This document shows positions 26,733-41,406 of a stretch of 64,000 nt of DNA, one piece after another. The stretch spans positions 12,772,001-12,836,000 of the forward strand of contig OZ024754.1 of assembly GCA_964016885.1 (NCBI GenBank), given 5' to 3'. The stretch comes from Eledone cirrhosa (lineage: Eukaryota). The position numbers were made by a program, and so were the translations under genes. Under the pieces are notes generated by a model. That model was given only the letters and a program-made list of their open reading frames with translations. It was not told the DNA's origin and did no database searches. Every line of letters begins with the position of its first letter. The stretch's first letter is position 1.

Positions 26733-27870
26733 CTTGTTGTTGTTGGTGTTGTTGTTGTTGCTGTTGGTGGTGGTGGTATTGTTAATGGTGGTGTTGTTGG
26801 TGGTGGTGTTGTTGATAGTGGTGTTGTTGTTGGTGGTGGTGTTGGTGGTGGTGTTGGTGGTGGTGTTGGTGGTGGTGTTGTTGTTGGTGGTGTTGTTGAT
26901 AGTGGTGTTGTTGATGGTGGTGTTGTTGGTGGTGGTGTTGGTGTTGTTGTTGTTGGTGGTGTTGTTGATGGTGGTGTTGTTGTTGGTGGTGTTGTTGATA
27001 GTGGTGGTGGTGTTGGTGGTGGTGGTGTTGTTGGTGGTGGTGTTGGTGTTGTTGTTGTTGGTGGTGGTGTTGTTGTTGGTGGTGTTGTTGGTGGTGGTGT
27101 TGTTGGTGGTGGTGTTGGTGTTGTTGTTGTTGGTGGTGGTGATGATGGTGGTGTTGATGGTGGTGGTGTTGTTGATAGTGGTGTTGTTGGTGGTGGTGGT
27201 GTTGGTGGTGGTGTTGTTGGTGGTGGTGATGATGGTGGTGTTGATGGTGGTGGTGTTGTTGTTGATAGTGGTGTTCTTGGTGGTGGTGGTGTTGGTGGTG
27301 GTGGTGTTGGTGGTGGTGGTGGTGGTGTTGTTGGTGGTGGTGTTGGTGTTGTTGTTGTTGGTGGTGGTGGTGTTGATGGTGGTGGTGTTGGTGGTGGTAT
27401 TGTTGATAGTGGTGTTCTTGGTGGTGGTGGTGATGATGGTGGTGTAGGTGGTGGTGTTGATGATGGTGTTGTTGGTGGTGGTGTAGTTGGTGGTGTTGTT
27501 GGTGGAGGTGTTGATGATGGAGGTGTTGATGATGGTGGTGTTGTTGATGGTGGTGTTGTTGATGGTGTTGTTGTTGATGGTGTTCTTGATGGTGGTGTTG
27601 GTGGTGGTGGTAAAGGTGTTGATGGTTGTGTTGGTGGTGTTGATGGTGTTGTTGGTGTTGGTGTTGTTGGTATTGACGGTGTTGATGGTGGTTTTGGTGT
27701 TGGTGGTGTTGGTGTTGTTGTTGTTGGTGTTGTTGGTGTTGGTGGTGTTGTTGGTGGTGGTGGTGTTGATGGTGGTGCTGGTGGTGTTGTTAGTGTTGTT
27801 GTTGGTGGTGTTGATGGTGGTGGTGGTGCTGGTGGTGTTGATGGTGTTGGTGTTGTTGTTATTGTTGTTA
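26733..27870. repeat. (GGT/GTT/GAT)n trinucleotide low-complexity tract
   Basis: Visible directly; gives spurious Pro/Thr- and Gly/Val-rich ORFs. Confidence 0.95.
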
Positions 27871-28071
27871 ATGAAGCCTGTACATGGTTGTTTAACCTGC
27901 TAGAAATAAAAACCAAATCCCCTTGAATTACAACCCCACCACTTTAGAAAATCACTCATTTAATTAGGTGATTCTGTCCTGGCATTTCTAAATGTAGACA
28001 AAAGACAGGATGGACATGGTAGGAATGCCTTTCATCATAGCTCTGCTAAATCAAAGCTGACATAATGTTAA

Positions 28072-28585
28072 CCCTTTAGCATTTAAACCGGCTGTATCTG
28101 GCTAGAACTCTCTCACCTGTTTTTGGTTCCAACTGGCAGTAACCAGCCATTCATACTGATGTTAAGCTATTGTTCTTAAAATAAATGATATCAAAATCTC
28201 ATAGATTCAATATTATGTGAGATAATTATGTGAAATAAAGTGTTTACTGCAAAAATACAATAGTATATATAGACTAATGTAAATGTTATGTGAGATAATT
28301 ATGTGAAATAAAGTGTTTACTGCGAAAATACAATAGTATATATAGAGTAATGTAAATGTTATGTGAGATAATTATGTGAAATAAAGTGTTTACTGCGAAA
28401 ATACAATAGTATATATAGAGTAATGTAAATGTTATGTGAGATAATTATGTGAAATAAAGTGTTTACTGCGAAAATACAATAGTATATATAGACTAATGTA
28501 AATGTTATGTGAGATAATTATGTGAAATAAAGTGTTTACTGCAAAAATACAATAGTATATATAGAGTAATGTAAATGCTAAAGGA
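28072..28585. mobile_element. TTAA-flanked piggyBac-like MITE with an internal 73-bp x5 tandem array
   Basis: TTAA|CCCTTTAGCATTT...AAATGCTAAAGGA|TTAA; units start at about 28214, 28287, 28360, 28433 and 28506. Confidence 0.8.
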
Positions 28586-29252
28586 TTAAACAGCATCAAC
28601 AACCAAGCCACTAAAAGGGTCTCTACGTGGTCACACACCCTGCTAGACATAGCAATCAAATATCCTCCAAATTCCTCCCTATCATCTAAAAAAATCAAAC
28701 AAACAAGAAAGGTACATTAGGTAAGTTGTTACCAGATAAAATACCTCTTCAAAATAAGAAGGGATAGTCATAGTTTCGAAAGTATTGAATCATAGGCTTG
28801 GTCAATCAGAAGTGACCTGGGGCTAAGCATCATCAACATCAACATCACCAACAACTAGCAACTAGCAACCAAATGTAATAAGTCACAAAAGTACCAAGAA
28901 TATCAATCCTGATATCCATTATCATTGCTATGACTACAAACAGTACAATTAGTACCAGCAGCACCACAGGTAAGATATTATAAACGACTTTTGAAACCAC
29001 AGTCACTGCACCAAGAAATCACTGCCTCTCAACCGTCAGTTCACTATATAGATATCTAGCCATTCTTTCATCTACACATCTACCCATCCTTTCATCAGTC
29101 TATCTAGCCATCCATTTATCCACCCTTATACCTACTCATTCACCCACCACTCTATCCATCCATCTATATATATATATGAATATATATATATAAATATATA
29201 TATATAGATATACGATATTAACAAATGGAAACTATATTTATAAAACCATATT

Positions 29253-29317
29253 TATTTCATTATACATATTTCAAGGACACCAAGTTAAATTATGGTATGC
29301 CTTCATCAGACAAAATA
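29253..29317 (-). ncRNA. Hammerhead ribozyme, inverted-arm copy
   Basis: Reverse-complement twin of 29402-29466 within the fold-back ~29205-29510. Confidence 0.75.
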
Positions 29318-29401
29318 CAATATATCCTGATGTCTTCCAAAAGTAACGGTCGCATTTTGAAAGGGTACGTCAATGTTTATTTATAAAACTGGTATATATT
29401 G

Positions 29402-29466
29402 TATTTTGTCTGATGAAGGCATACCATAATTTAACTTGGTATACTTGAAATATGTATAATGAAATA
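29402..29466 (+). ncRNA. Minimal type I hammerhead ribozyme
   Basis: TATTTTGT-CTGATGA-AGGCATACCA/TGGTATACTT-GAAA-TATGTA-TA-ATGAAATA. Confidence 0.8.
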
Positions 29467-29624
29467 AATATGGTTTTATAAATATAGTTTCCATTTGTTA
29501 ATATCGTATATCTACTCCAAATACTTGTCGAGTGCTTTATATTAGTTATAAAAAATATTTGCTTGTTGTATCCCAACAATTTAAATAGAACTTTTGCATA
29601 TATATATATATATATGAATATATA

Positions 29625-29867
<243 letters not shown>

Positions 29868-29871
29868 GAAT

Positions 29872-29904
<33 letters not shown>

Positions 29905-29925
29905 AATATATATATATGAATATAT

Positions 29926-29979
<54 letters not shown>

Positions 29980-30091
29980 GAATATATATATATATATATG
30001 AATATATATGAATAAATATATATATATATATGAATATATATGAATATATATGAATAAATATATATATATATAAGAATATATATGAATATAT

Positions 30092-30914
30092 ATCATCATC
30101 ATCATCATCATCATCAGGTTTAGCGTCCGTGTTCCACGCTTGCATGGGTTTGGACGGGGGTTTTCCCACTTGAGGCAAGAGTGGTTGTCTTGCTCGCATA
30201 GGACTGTCTGGCGGGTTTTCTACAGTTGGATGCCCTTCCTAACACCAACCACATTTACAGTGTGGGGCTGGGAGGTTTTTACCGTGTTGCCTACACGGCC
30301 ACATTACAGCGTGGACTGTCTGGCGGGTTTTCTACAGCTGGATGCCCTTCCTAACACCAACCACATTTACAGTGTGGGGCTGGGAGGTTTTTACCGTGTT
30401 GCCTACACGGCTACATTTACAGCGTGGACTGTGTGTTTTTTGTCGTGACACCTACACGATCTCATTTGTTTCGGCCTGGATGTTGTGGGACCAACATAAC
30501 TTTACATTGAAAGGGGCGGTATGGGTGGGGTGGAGGTGGTGGGACGGGGGTGTGTTTTGATAGAGATGCCTACTGACTGTAGTAGGTTTTTACTTTGTAT
30601 TTAGGTAAGGCGGGTCTTCTCTATTACTGAGTACCGCCAAAGGTCTCGGTCCAGTGACATTGTCTTGGAGAGGTGTAAGCGTGTGAGGTCGGAATTTATC
30701 AGCTCGTCCCATGTTTTTCTGGGTCTGCCTACTCCGTGGCTACCGTCTATCTTTATTGCCCTGCACTTTGTTATACAGCTGTCGTCTTTCATGCGCATCA
30801 CGTGACCGTACCAACGTAGCCTTCTCTCGAGTAAACAACATCTGATCCCTCTTATTTCTAATTTTTTCCTTAGTTCGTTTATGCTTTGCCGTTCACGTAT
30901 ATTACTATTGCACA
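30092..30914 (-). mobile_element. RTE family 2, 3' fragment with an internal 3' UTR duplication
   Basis: ORF 30601-31152 contains [24 protein letters not shown]; an ~110-bp UTR module is duplicated (~30202-30425). Confidence 0.9.
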
Positions 30915-30983
30915 TATATATATATATATGAATATATATGAATATATATATGAATATATATGAATATATATATATATATATAT

Positions 30984-31380
30984 AGTAAAACCTACTCCAG
31001 CCAGTAGGCATCTCTAACAAAATACACCCCGTCCCACCACCCCCACCCCCACCCGATCCACACCACCCCGTTCTATGTAAAGTTATGTTGGTGCCGCGCC
31101 ATCGAGGCCGAAACAAATGAGATCGTGTAGGTGTCACGACAAAAAAACACACAGTCCACGCTGTAATGTGGCCGTGTAGGCAACACGGTAAAAACCTCCC
31201 AGACCCACACTGTAAATGTGGTTGGTGTTAGGAAGGGCATCCAACTGTAGAAAACCTGCCAGACAGTCCTATGCGAGCAAGACAATCACTCTTGCCTCAA
31301 GTGGGACTACCCCCGTCCAAACCCATGCAAGCGTGGAACACGGACGTTAAACGTTGATGATGATGATGATGATGATGATG
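30984..31380 (+). mobile_element. RTE family 2, 3' UTR copy, head-to-head with the previous copy
   Basis: Closest to the 46-kb copy (GTGCCGCGCCATC variant); (GAT)n tail. Confidence 0.85.
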
Positions 31381-33820
<2,440 letters not shown>

Positions 33821-33938
33821 GTATGGATTCACCGAACATTTATTATAATGCTCGGTGTGTTTGTAAACAAACATTCCGTATTAAGCCGTAGTGTCCAGCA
33901 ACCATCGTTGCTCGTTTGTTCAACACTGACAAAGGAAC

Positions 33939-33978
33939 CATGTACTAGTTTCAAGCTTATTAGCTATCGTCAGCAACG
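33939..33978 (-). ncRNA. Very compact hammerhead-like motif
   Basis: CGTTG-CTGACGA-TAGCTAATAAGCTT-GAAA-CTAG-TA-CATG; palindromic ACTAGT helix III; weak helix I. Confidence 0.55.
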
Positions 33979-34194
33979 TATACCATCCTGCCAGATTGTT
34001 GAATGTATATACTTACCTTATGCATATTAACGGCTGAGTAGCCCAATTTGCATATTGAGTGGGTTAATCGGCCGGGTGCACCGAAAACGGTAAACGGAAA
34101 AAATGAAACAAAATTTCATTTCCCACTCTTAGTACGGCTGTTACTTAAATATAAGTATGTACACGTACATACATATATGTATACTCAGCCGTTA

Positions 34195-34425
34195 ATATAT
34201 ATAGTTTATCATATGATAAACTATATATATATGTTTGTGTCTATATTGTATCTGTATTATTTTTGACCGTTGGTCAGTCAATGGCAACATTGAGGACCGA
34301 ATAAATTAGATTACCGATATAAAAGACACAGAAGCGAAAAGCGAAAACCAACCAAACAGTGAGTGTATTCTGTTATTAATTCTGACAATATTACACAAAT
34401 ATGACCCTCCCCAAGTATAACAATA
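34195..34425 (+). mobile_element. Copy of the 44-kb hammerhead family tail, starting at the predicted cleavage site
   Basis: Begins TGATAAAC at 34214, equivalent to 44096; 17-bp fold-back at 34195-34211. Confidence 0.8.
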
Positions 34426-34486
34426 TATATATATATAATATATATATAATATATAAGATCAAAAGATGGTTAAAAGAGTTCATGTC

Positions 34487-34553
34487 TTTTATTATGCGCA
34501 TTTCAAAAACAAATATCATCATGCGATGACATTTGCGTTTTCATCAGATAAAA
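34487..34553 (-). ncRNA. Minimal type I hammerhead ribozyme (same family as 20.1 kb)
   Basis: TTTTAT-CTGATGA-helix II-GAAA-TGCGCA-TA-ATAAAA; unit ~34447-34610. Confidence 0.85.
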
Positions 34554-34638
34554 TAGAGAGACATGATATGAAAGTTAAAAAACACTTGTGTATAGTGCAG
34601 TTTTAAATCAACATCCATGATGAATATATATATATATG

Positions 34639-34671
<33 letters not shown>

Positions 34672-34675
34672 GAAT

Positions 34676-34707
<32 letters not shown>

Positions 34708-35002
34708 GAATATATATATATATAAATATATATATATATGAATATATATATATAAATATATATATATGAATATATATAAATATATATGAATATATATATA
34801 TATATATGAATATATATATTGTATATATGTATATATATATATAAGGAGCAAATGGTGGACTGTGGTTTGATATCATATATATATAATAATATATATATAA
34901 ATATATATATATATAAAGAATGAGTTTTACAGTAGATTGGAAGCACTATAATACCTTGATTAAATCTTAACCATTTAACATCTCAGGGTATGTCCTGTAT
35001 CA

Positions 35003-35063
35003 TTATATTTTGTCTGATGAGGACGTACTGTTGTACATCCGAAATATGTATAATAAAATGTAA
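35003..35063 (+). ncRNA. Minimal type I hammerhead ribozyme, cleanest example in the window
   Basis: TTATATTTTGT-CTGATGA-GGACGTAC(TGTT)GTACATCC-GAAA-TATGTA-TA-ATAAAATGTAA; 11-bp helix I (with G-U pairs) and canonical G10.1-C11.1. Confidence 0.9.
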
Positions 35064-35101
35064 TTGATCAAAAGAACAACTATTTAATTAATATTTATAT
35101 T

Positions 35102-35156
<55 letters not shown>

Positions 35157-35161
<5 letters not shown>

Positions 35162-35938
35162 TTAGTTAAGCAAAACAAGACCACAAATTTCACAAGGAAG
35201 ACATTATTAAAAGATTGTTAACATATTTTAGTTTGATGTAAGGAATGTAGAGAATAATAATAATAATATTAATAATAATAATGTCCGTTTACAATTGTTT
35301 CGCTACTCCATATAATATTTCTGGATCAGATGACTATATATCATAATTGATCTGGTTCAGTTGAATTAACATATTTAAAAAACAGAGCGGCTCATCGGAA
35401 ATTCAAAGGAATATAAATTGAAAATTAGCACTTAACTATAAACTACCCACAATTTCTAATCTCTCGGGGAGTTACTTCCCCTGAAACCACCCTCTAATTA
35501 GTAAGGTAAATATGTCCTTTGGCAGCCATCTTGTTACCCATAGGCACACAATGCAGCCTCGACAGATGAATACTGCTTGATTATGGCTGACAACTGATGC
35601 AACCAAGAGACTATAGTGAAAAACCAATATATGGAACATTATATTATGTAACATTCTCTCATTATTTTAATTTATATTCCTTTGAAGTTCCGATGAGCTG
35701 CTCTGTTTTTTAAATATGTTAATTATTTTCAACTGAACCAGATCAATTATGATATATAGTCATCTGATCCAGAAATATTATATGGAGTAGCGAAACAATT
35801 GTAAACGGACATTATTATTATTAATATTATTATTATTTTCCTCTACATTCCTTACATCAAACTAAAATATGTTGACAATCTTTTAATAATGTCTTCCTTG
35901 TGAAATTTGTGGTCTTGTTTTGCTTAACTAATGAATAT
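35157..35938. mobile_element. Penelope-like relic: ~255-bp inverted arms, each with a variant hammerhead
   Basis: Arms ~35157-35412 and ~35675-35938; + strand CCGATGA(35690-96)-GCTGCTCTGT...ATGGAGTAGC-GAAA-CAATTG-TA; mirror image at 35287-35401. Confidence 0.75.
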
Positions 35939-36101
35939 TTCCAGCTCTGCGCACCTAACTTCTGCATGAACCCACCCACCTAGCTGCTCTCTACTGCATA
36001 TTGCACATTGAGCACATGCCTTTACGCTTTGGCTTCTAACTAATTCACCAATCTCTCCTCTCCTATCTCCATCTCTCTCTTTAATATTGGTTACTCTTGA
36101 A

Positions 36102-36138
<37 letters not shown>

Positions 36139-36379
36139 TTGCAAGCAGGGAAAAAGCGGACATACAATGAAATGATGATATATATGAATATATATTTCTA
36201 TATATATGTATGTGTATATTTATATATATATATACATATATACATATATACATATATGTATATATATATATATACACACACACACGTATTAATATGTGTG
36301 TCTGTGAGTTTAATCTATACTGGTAGGTACGTAAGTAAATAGTAGTAATATTAATTATATGCATAACACACTTTCACAC

Positions 36380-36527
<148 letters not shown>

Positions 36528-37364
36528 GAGAGAAGGAGAGAGAGGGAGAAAGAGAGAGGGAAACATCCCATTTTTATGCACATTTGGTTAATTACATGGC
36601 TTGAAAACCTTTTAACTAATGTTATATTAAATCATTCCTACTTTATAACAGCATATTGCTTTTTTCCTTCTTTTGAGGAGAGTGGTCTATATTATTGCTA
36701 GTATATGTATGTGTGTATATGTATGTGTGTATCTGTATATGTGTATATGTATATGTGTATATGTATGTATATATGTATGTGTATATGTGAGTATATATGT
36801 ATGTATGTATGTATATATATGCATATGTATATCTATGCATGCATGTATGTGTATAGTTATGTATGTATGAGTACATGTGTTTATGTATGTATGTGTGTGT
36901 ATATGTATGTATGTATGTGCATGTATATATATATGCATGTGTATATCTATGCATGTATGTATGTACATAGCTATGTGTGCATGTGTGTTATGTATGTCGT
37001 TATGTATGTATGTATATATATATGCATATATGTATGAGTATAGTTTTGTATGTATGTATGTATGTATGTATGTATATATGCATGTTTATGTATGTATGTA
37101 TATATGTATATATGCATGTGTTTATGTATGTATGTATGTATATATGTATGTAATGCATGTGTTTATGTATGTATGTATATATGCATGTGTTTATGTATAT
37201 ACGAATGTGTTTATGTATGTATATATGTATGTGCATATTTATTTATGTATGTCTGTCTTAAAGTATGTTTGTGTGTGAATATGCATGTATTTATGTATAT
37301 ACATAATTATGCAAGCATGTATACACTAAATACATTCTTTTGTAAAACAGCTGCCAAATTTGTA

Positions 37365-37406
<42 letters not shown>

Positions 37407-37831
37407 TTTCTGTTTATGTGTATGTATGTGTGAATCTATTGTGTTGGGTGTATAAAAGTATGAATCTAGCACCAAATAAGTATGTGTGTGAGTGTGTTTG
37501 GATATGTGTACGTGTGTGTTTGGATGTATCTGTATATATGTGTGTTAGGATACATGTGTAACTGTTTGTGAGTCTGTGTGTGTTAGGGTGTGTAACTGTG
37601 TGTGTATTAGGATGTATATGCGTGTGTTAGGATATGGGTGTGTGTTAGGGTGTGTGTGTGTATGTGTGTCCCTGTGTGTGTTAGTGTGTGTGTGTATGTG
37701 TGAGTTAGTCTGAGTCAGTGTGTGTGTGTCGCTGTGTGTGTTAGGGTGTATGTGAGTCTGTGTGAGTTAGTGTGTGTATCTGTGTGTGTGTGTGTGTTTG
37801 GATGAAACCATAGCTATTGCTACGAACTTAC

Positions 37832-37931
37832 AATGGATTACAATGGAAGAAATATTTCTTCCATATTTCAAAAGTAAATATTGCATCTGCTCGACATTGT
37901 CTAAGAAGATGTCTAAGAGTACATCTTATAA
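37832..37931 (-). CDS. Candidate 100-nt internal coding exon, product unknown
   Basis: Minus strand TTCCAG| ... |GTAAGTT; only one open frame: IRCTLRHLLRQCRADAIFTFEIWKKYFFHCNP. Confidence 0.35.
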
Positions 37932-38297
37932 CTGGAACCACAAACACTAATACTTGTACACAAACACACATACATATGGACACTTCACAACACACATACA
38001 TATGGACACTTCACAACACACATATATATGGACACTTCCCAAACATTGATTTTATTCAATATCGCGAATTTAATTTTTTTTTTTTCAATATATATATATA
38101 TTGAGAACTAAAATAAATCAGAATTGATGTTATTTTAACGGAGTGGAGTTCTTAAACATTTCATTTTATTTATATATATATATATATATATTTTTTTTTT
38201 TGTCGGTTCTAACAAAAACTTGTCTTCATAGTATCACATTAACTTCATGATCACACAATGCTCTAAAACTGTATTCAACTTAACACTTATTTCTAAA

Positions 38298-38335
<38 letters not shown>

Positions 38336-38654
38336 GAAAGGCAAAATGAAATAGGGCTAGAAATGTAAACGATGTTTATCTTTTACCTTTTTTTATGAAA
38401 AATCAACTACATTTCAATAAAAGATGACACATTTAACTTCTTAACTTCTAGCCTAAAATGCTTAAGAAAACATTGAAATGTTTTATATTTTGCTTTTTTT
38501 CCTATATGAATAGGCATCAGATTTATTTTGCAAGGAACAAAGTTGGTTTTAAGACAGTGGACTGACATAAATGGCAGAACATATTTAGTTATAACTCTTT
38601 ATATTCTGAGTTCAAAACCCACTAAGGTCAATTGCCTATCATCCTTCTAAAGTT

Positions 38655-38945
38655 CTTCTTATTTGCCCACTTATTTCTGAGAGAGTCACAGGGGCAGAGT
38701 CCTCAAAAACTCCTTCCAGTGGGTCCTGTGAAAAGCAACTGTCTCCAACTGAACAGGCTAGATCCCCAAGTGAGAACAGCCAAGCTCATGGATGTTATCC
38801 AATCATCTTGCTTGGAGTCTACCTCTGGGTTTCCTGCCGGTTGGTTTTGCCCATAAAAGCTGTCCAGCGATTATTTTCTGAGACATTCTAACCACATGCT
38901 TATAGTATCGGAGCTGTGATCTCTCAATTTGGAGAAGTGGTGTCT
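38655..38945 (-). mobile_element. Old RTE 3' fragment (another family)
   Basis: PLLQIERSQLRYYKHVVRM..AKPTGRKPRGR. Confidence 0.75.
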
Positions 38946-38969
38946 TGTAAAAAAAAAAAATAAACACTG

Positions 38970-39350
38970 TCCATGTAAAGTGGTTGGTGATAGGAAGGGC
39001 ATCCAGCCATAAAAACCTTGTCAAAAACTATGGAAAAATCTGTCCAAAACCCTTTTTATGAAGTAAAGTGGTTGGTGATAGGAAGGGCATCCAGCCATAA
39101 AAACCCTGTCAAAACTATGGTAACAGACTGTCCAAAACCCTTTTTATTAAGTAAAGTGGTTGGTGATAGGAAGAGCAGCCAGCCATAAAAACCCTGTCAA
39201 AATCTATGGTAACAGACTGTCCAAAACCCTTTTTATTAAGTAAAGTGGTTGGTGATAGGAAGGGCAGCCAGCCATAAAAACCCTGTCAAAATCTATGGTA
39301 ACAAACTGTCCAGCCCATGCATGTATGTAAAAGTAGATATAAAACGATGA
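38970..39350 (+). repeat. ~88-bp x4 tandem repeat of the GGAAGGGCATCCAGC SINE/LINE module
   Basis: Units begin GTAAAGTGGTTGGTGATAGGAAGGGCA; ends with an RTE-type tail. Confidence 0.75.
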
Positions 39351-39691
39351 TAATATTGATTACTCAAAGGAAAGCAATGGTAGGAAACAACCACTGTTAT
39401 ATTCTGCAATGTAATTTACAAGACTAGTTACACAATGAATGTCATGGAATATAGTGAGAAGGTAATTCTGTTGATTGAACAAATGGAATATTCATTGCTG
39501 AAACCAGCAAAGATCCATTACATTTATTTACATCAAAATGGATTTGGAAAAGTGACTGAAACTATTTGACCACTTACATGTAAATAAGTGAAGGGATTAT
39601 TCAGGTTGTGTTTATAAGATATCCCATTACAATCTGAGGTAAATAATTAGTGGAGGTAGAAAGATACAACCAATTCAACAGGAAGCATTTT

Positions 39692-39941
39692 AACCCTTTT
39701 GTTAGCATATTTCTAAAGAAATTCACTGCCAATGTGTTTCAATTAATATTGAAATTAAAAAGATATCTGGAGGAATTTAATAGAATATCCAATGTTTCCA
39801 TTATCAAGTCGATGTTTGGAATATAATCTAAGAAGATGTTCTTATGAAAAATTGTTTAATAAGGTTTAATACAAGCATAAACACTTTAAAATAGGAAACT
39901 TTGTAACCAAGGGCAATTTCAGGTGGGTTGGTATCAAAGGG
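39692..39941. mobile_element. Decayed TTAA-type MITE
   Basis: TTAACCCTTTTG...CAAAGGGATAA ends. Confidence 0.4.
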
Positions 39942-40024
39942 ATAAGGCTATTCCCCTCACAAAAGGAAGGGTTAACCTTGTAGGCTCAATGATAGACTTC
40001 ATGAAGTCCTTTTTAAATCAATGT

Positions 40025-40955
40025 TTCAGAGCTGGATGCTCTTCCTGGACCCAACCACAGGCAAGGATATGGTGAGCTATTCTACAATGCTTTACAGCTG
40101 GATACCCTTCCTAGACCCAACCACAGGCAGAGATTTGGTGAGCTATTCTACAAGGTTTTACAGCTGGATACCCTTCCTGGAACCAACCATAGGCAGGGAT
40201 ATGGTGAGCTATTCCTATTCTACAAGGTTTTACAGCTGGATTACCCTTCCTAGACCCAACCACAGGCAGAGATTTGGTGAGCTATTTTACAAGGTTTTAC
40301 AGCTGGATACCCTTCCTGGAACCAACCACAGGCAGGGATATGGTGAGCTATTCTACAAGGTTTTACAGCTGGATTACCCTTCCTAGACCCAACCACAGGC
40401 AGAGATATGGTGAGCTATTCTACAAGGTTTTACAGCTGGATTACCCTTCCTAGACCCAACCACAGGCAGAGATATGGTGAGCTATTCTACAAGGTTTTAC
40501 AGCTGGATACCCTTCCTGGAACCAACCACAGGCAGGGATATGGTGAGCTATTCTACAAGGTTTTACAGCTGGATTACCCTTCCTAGACCCAACCACAAGC
40601 AGAGATATGGTGAGCTATTCTACAAGGTTTTACAGCTGGATACCCTTCCTGGAACCAACCACAGGCAGGGATATAGTGAGCTATTCTACAAGGTTTTACA
40701 GCTGGATTACCCTTCCTAGACCCAACCACAGGCAGAGATATGGTGAGCTATTCTACAAGGTTTTACAGCTGGATTACCCTTCCTAGACCCAATCGCAGGC
40801 AGAGAAATGGTGAGCTATTCTACAAGGTTTTACAGCTGGATACCCTTCCTGGAGCCAACCTCAGACAGAGAAATGGTGAGCTATTCTACAAGGTTTTAGA
40901 GCTGGATTCCCTTCCTGGAACCAACCAATGGCAGGGATAAGTTGAGCTATTCTAT
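40025..40955. repeat. 66/67-bp satellite (~14 units) with alternating variants
   Basis: Unit GGTGAGCTATTCTACAAGGTTTTACAGCTGGAT(T)ACCCTTCCT..CCAACCACAGGCAG.GATAT. Confidence 0.9.
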
Positions 40956-41372
40956 AATATATACACAAATATAGAAACGGAGGAAAATAACCAAAGCTCA
41001 CAGAAACAATATTCTGATTTCCCTACGTATTAATCCAAATGTTTAGTTAATTTTATCTTTCAATTTAATTAATTTTTTTTGTTTGATTTTGTAATGTTTG
41101 CTTATACTTATTTACTTTTTAATATTTGCCCTTGAACAAACTAATTGCCCTATGTATTGAATTTTACCATGGTGACTGATGTAAGACTGGAATCAAAAAA
41201 CGAAGGTGAAAATGATAATGAAAATAAAATTAATTTTATAAAACAAAAATAAAAACAAATCTATAAAAGACTGAATGAAATAAACAGAAAAACACAAAAA
41301 CAATATCTATCGCGCAGTTTGCACACTTAAAGCTACAAAAACTAGTAGAAAATTAAAGTTGCTTTCATATCC

Positions 41373-41406
<34 letters not shown>

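Noticed and set aside
26678-27926. Mucin/extensin-like Pro-Thr ORF (412 aa) and Gly-Val ORF
   Set aside because: A (GGT/GTT)n tract that is stop-free in several frames, with no signal peptide or convincing exon boundaries.
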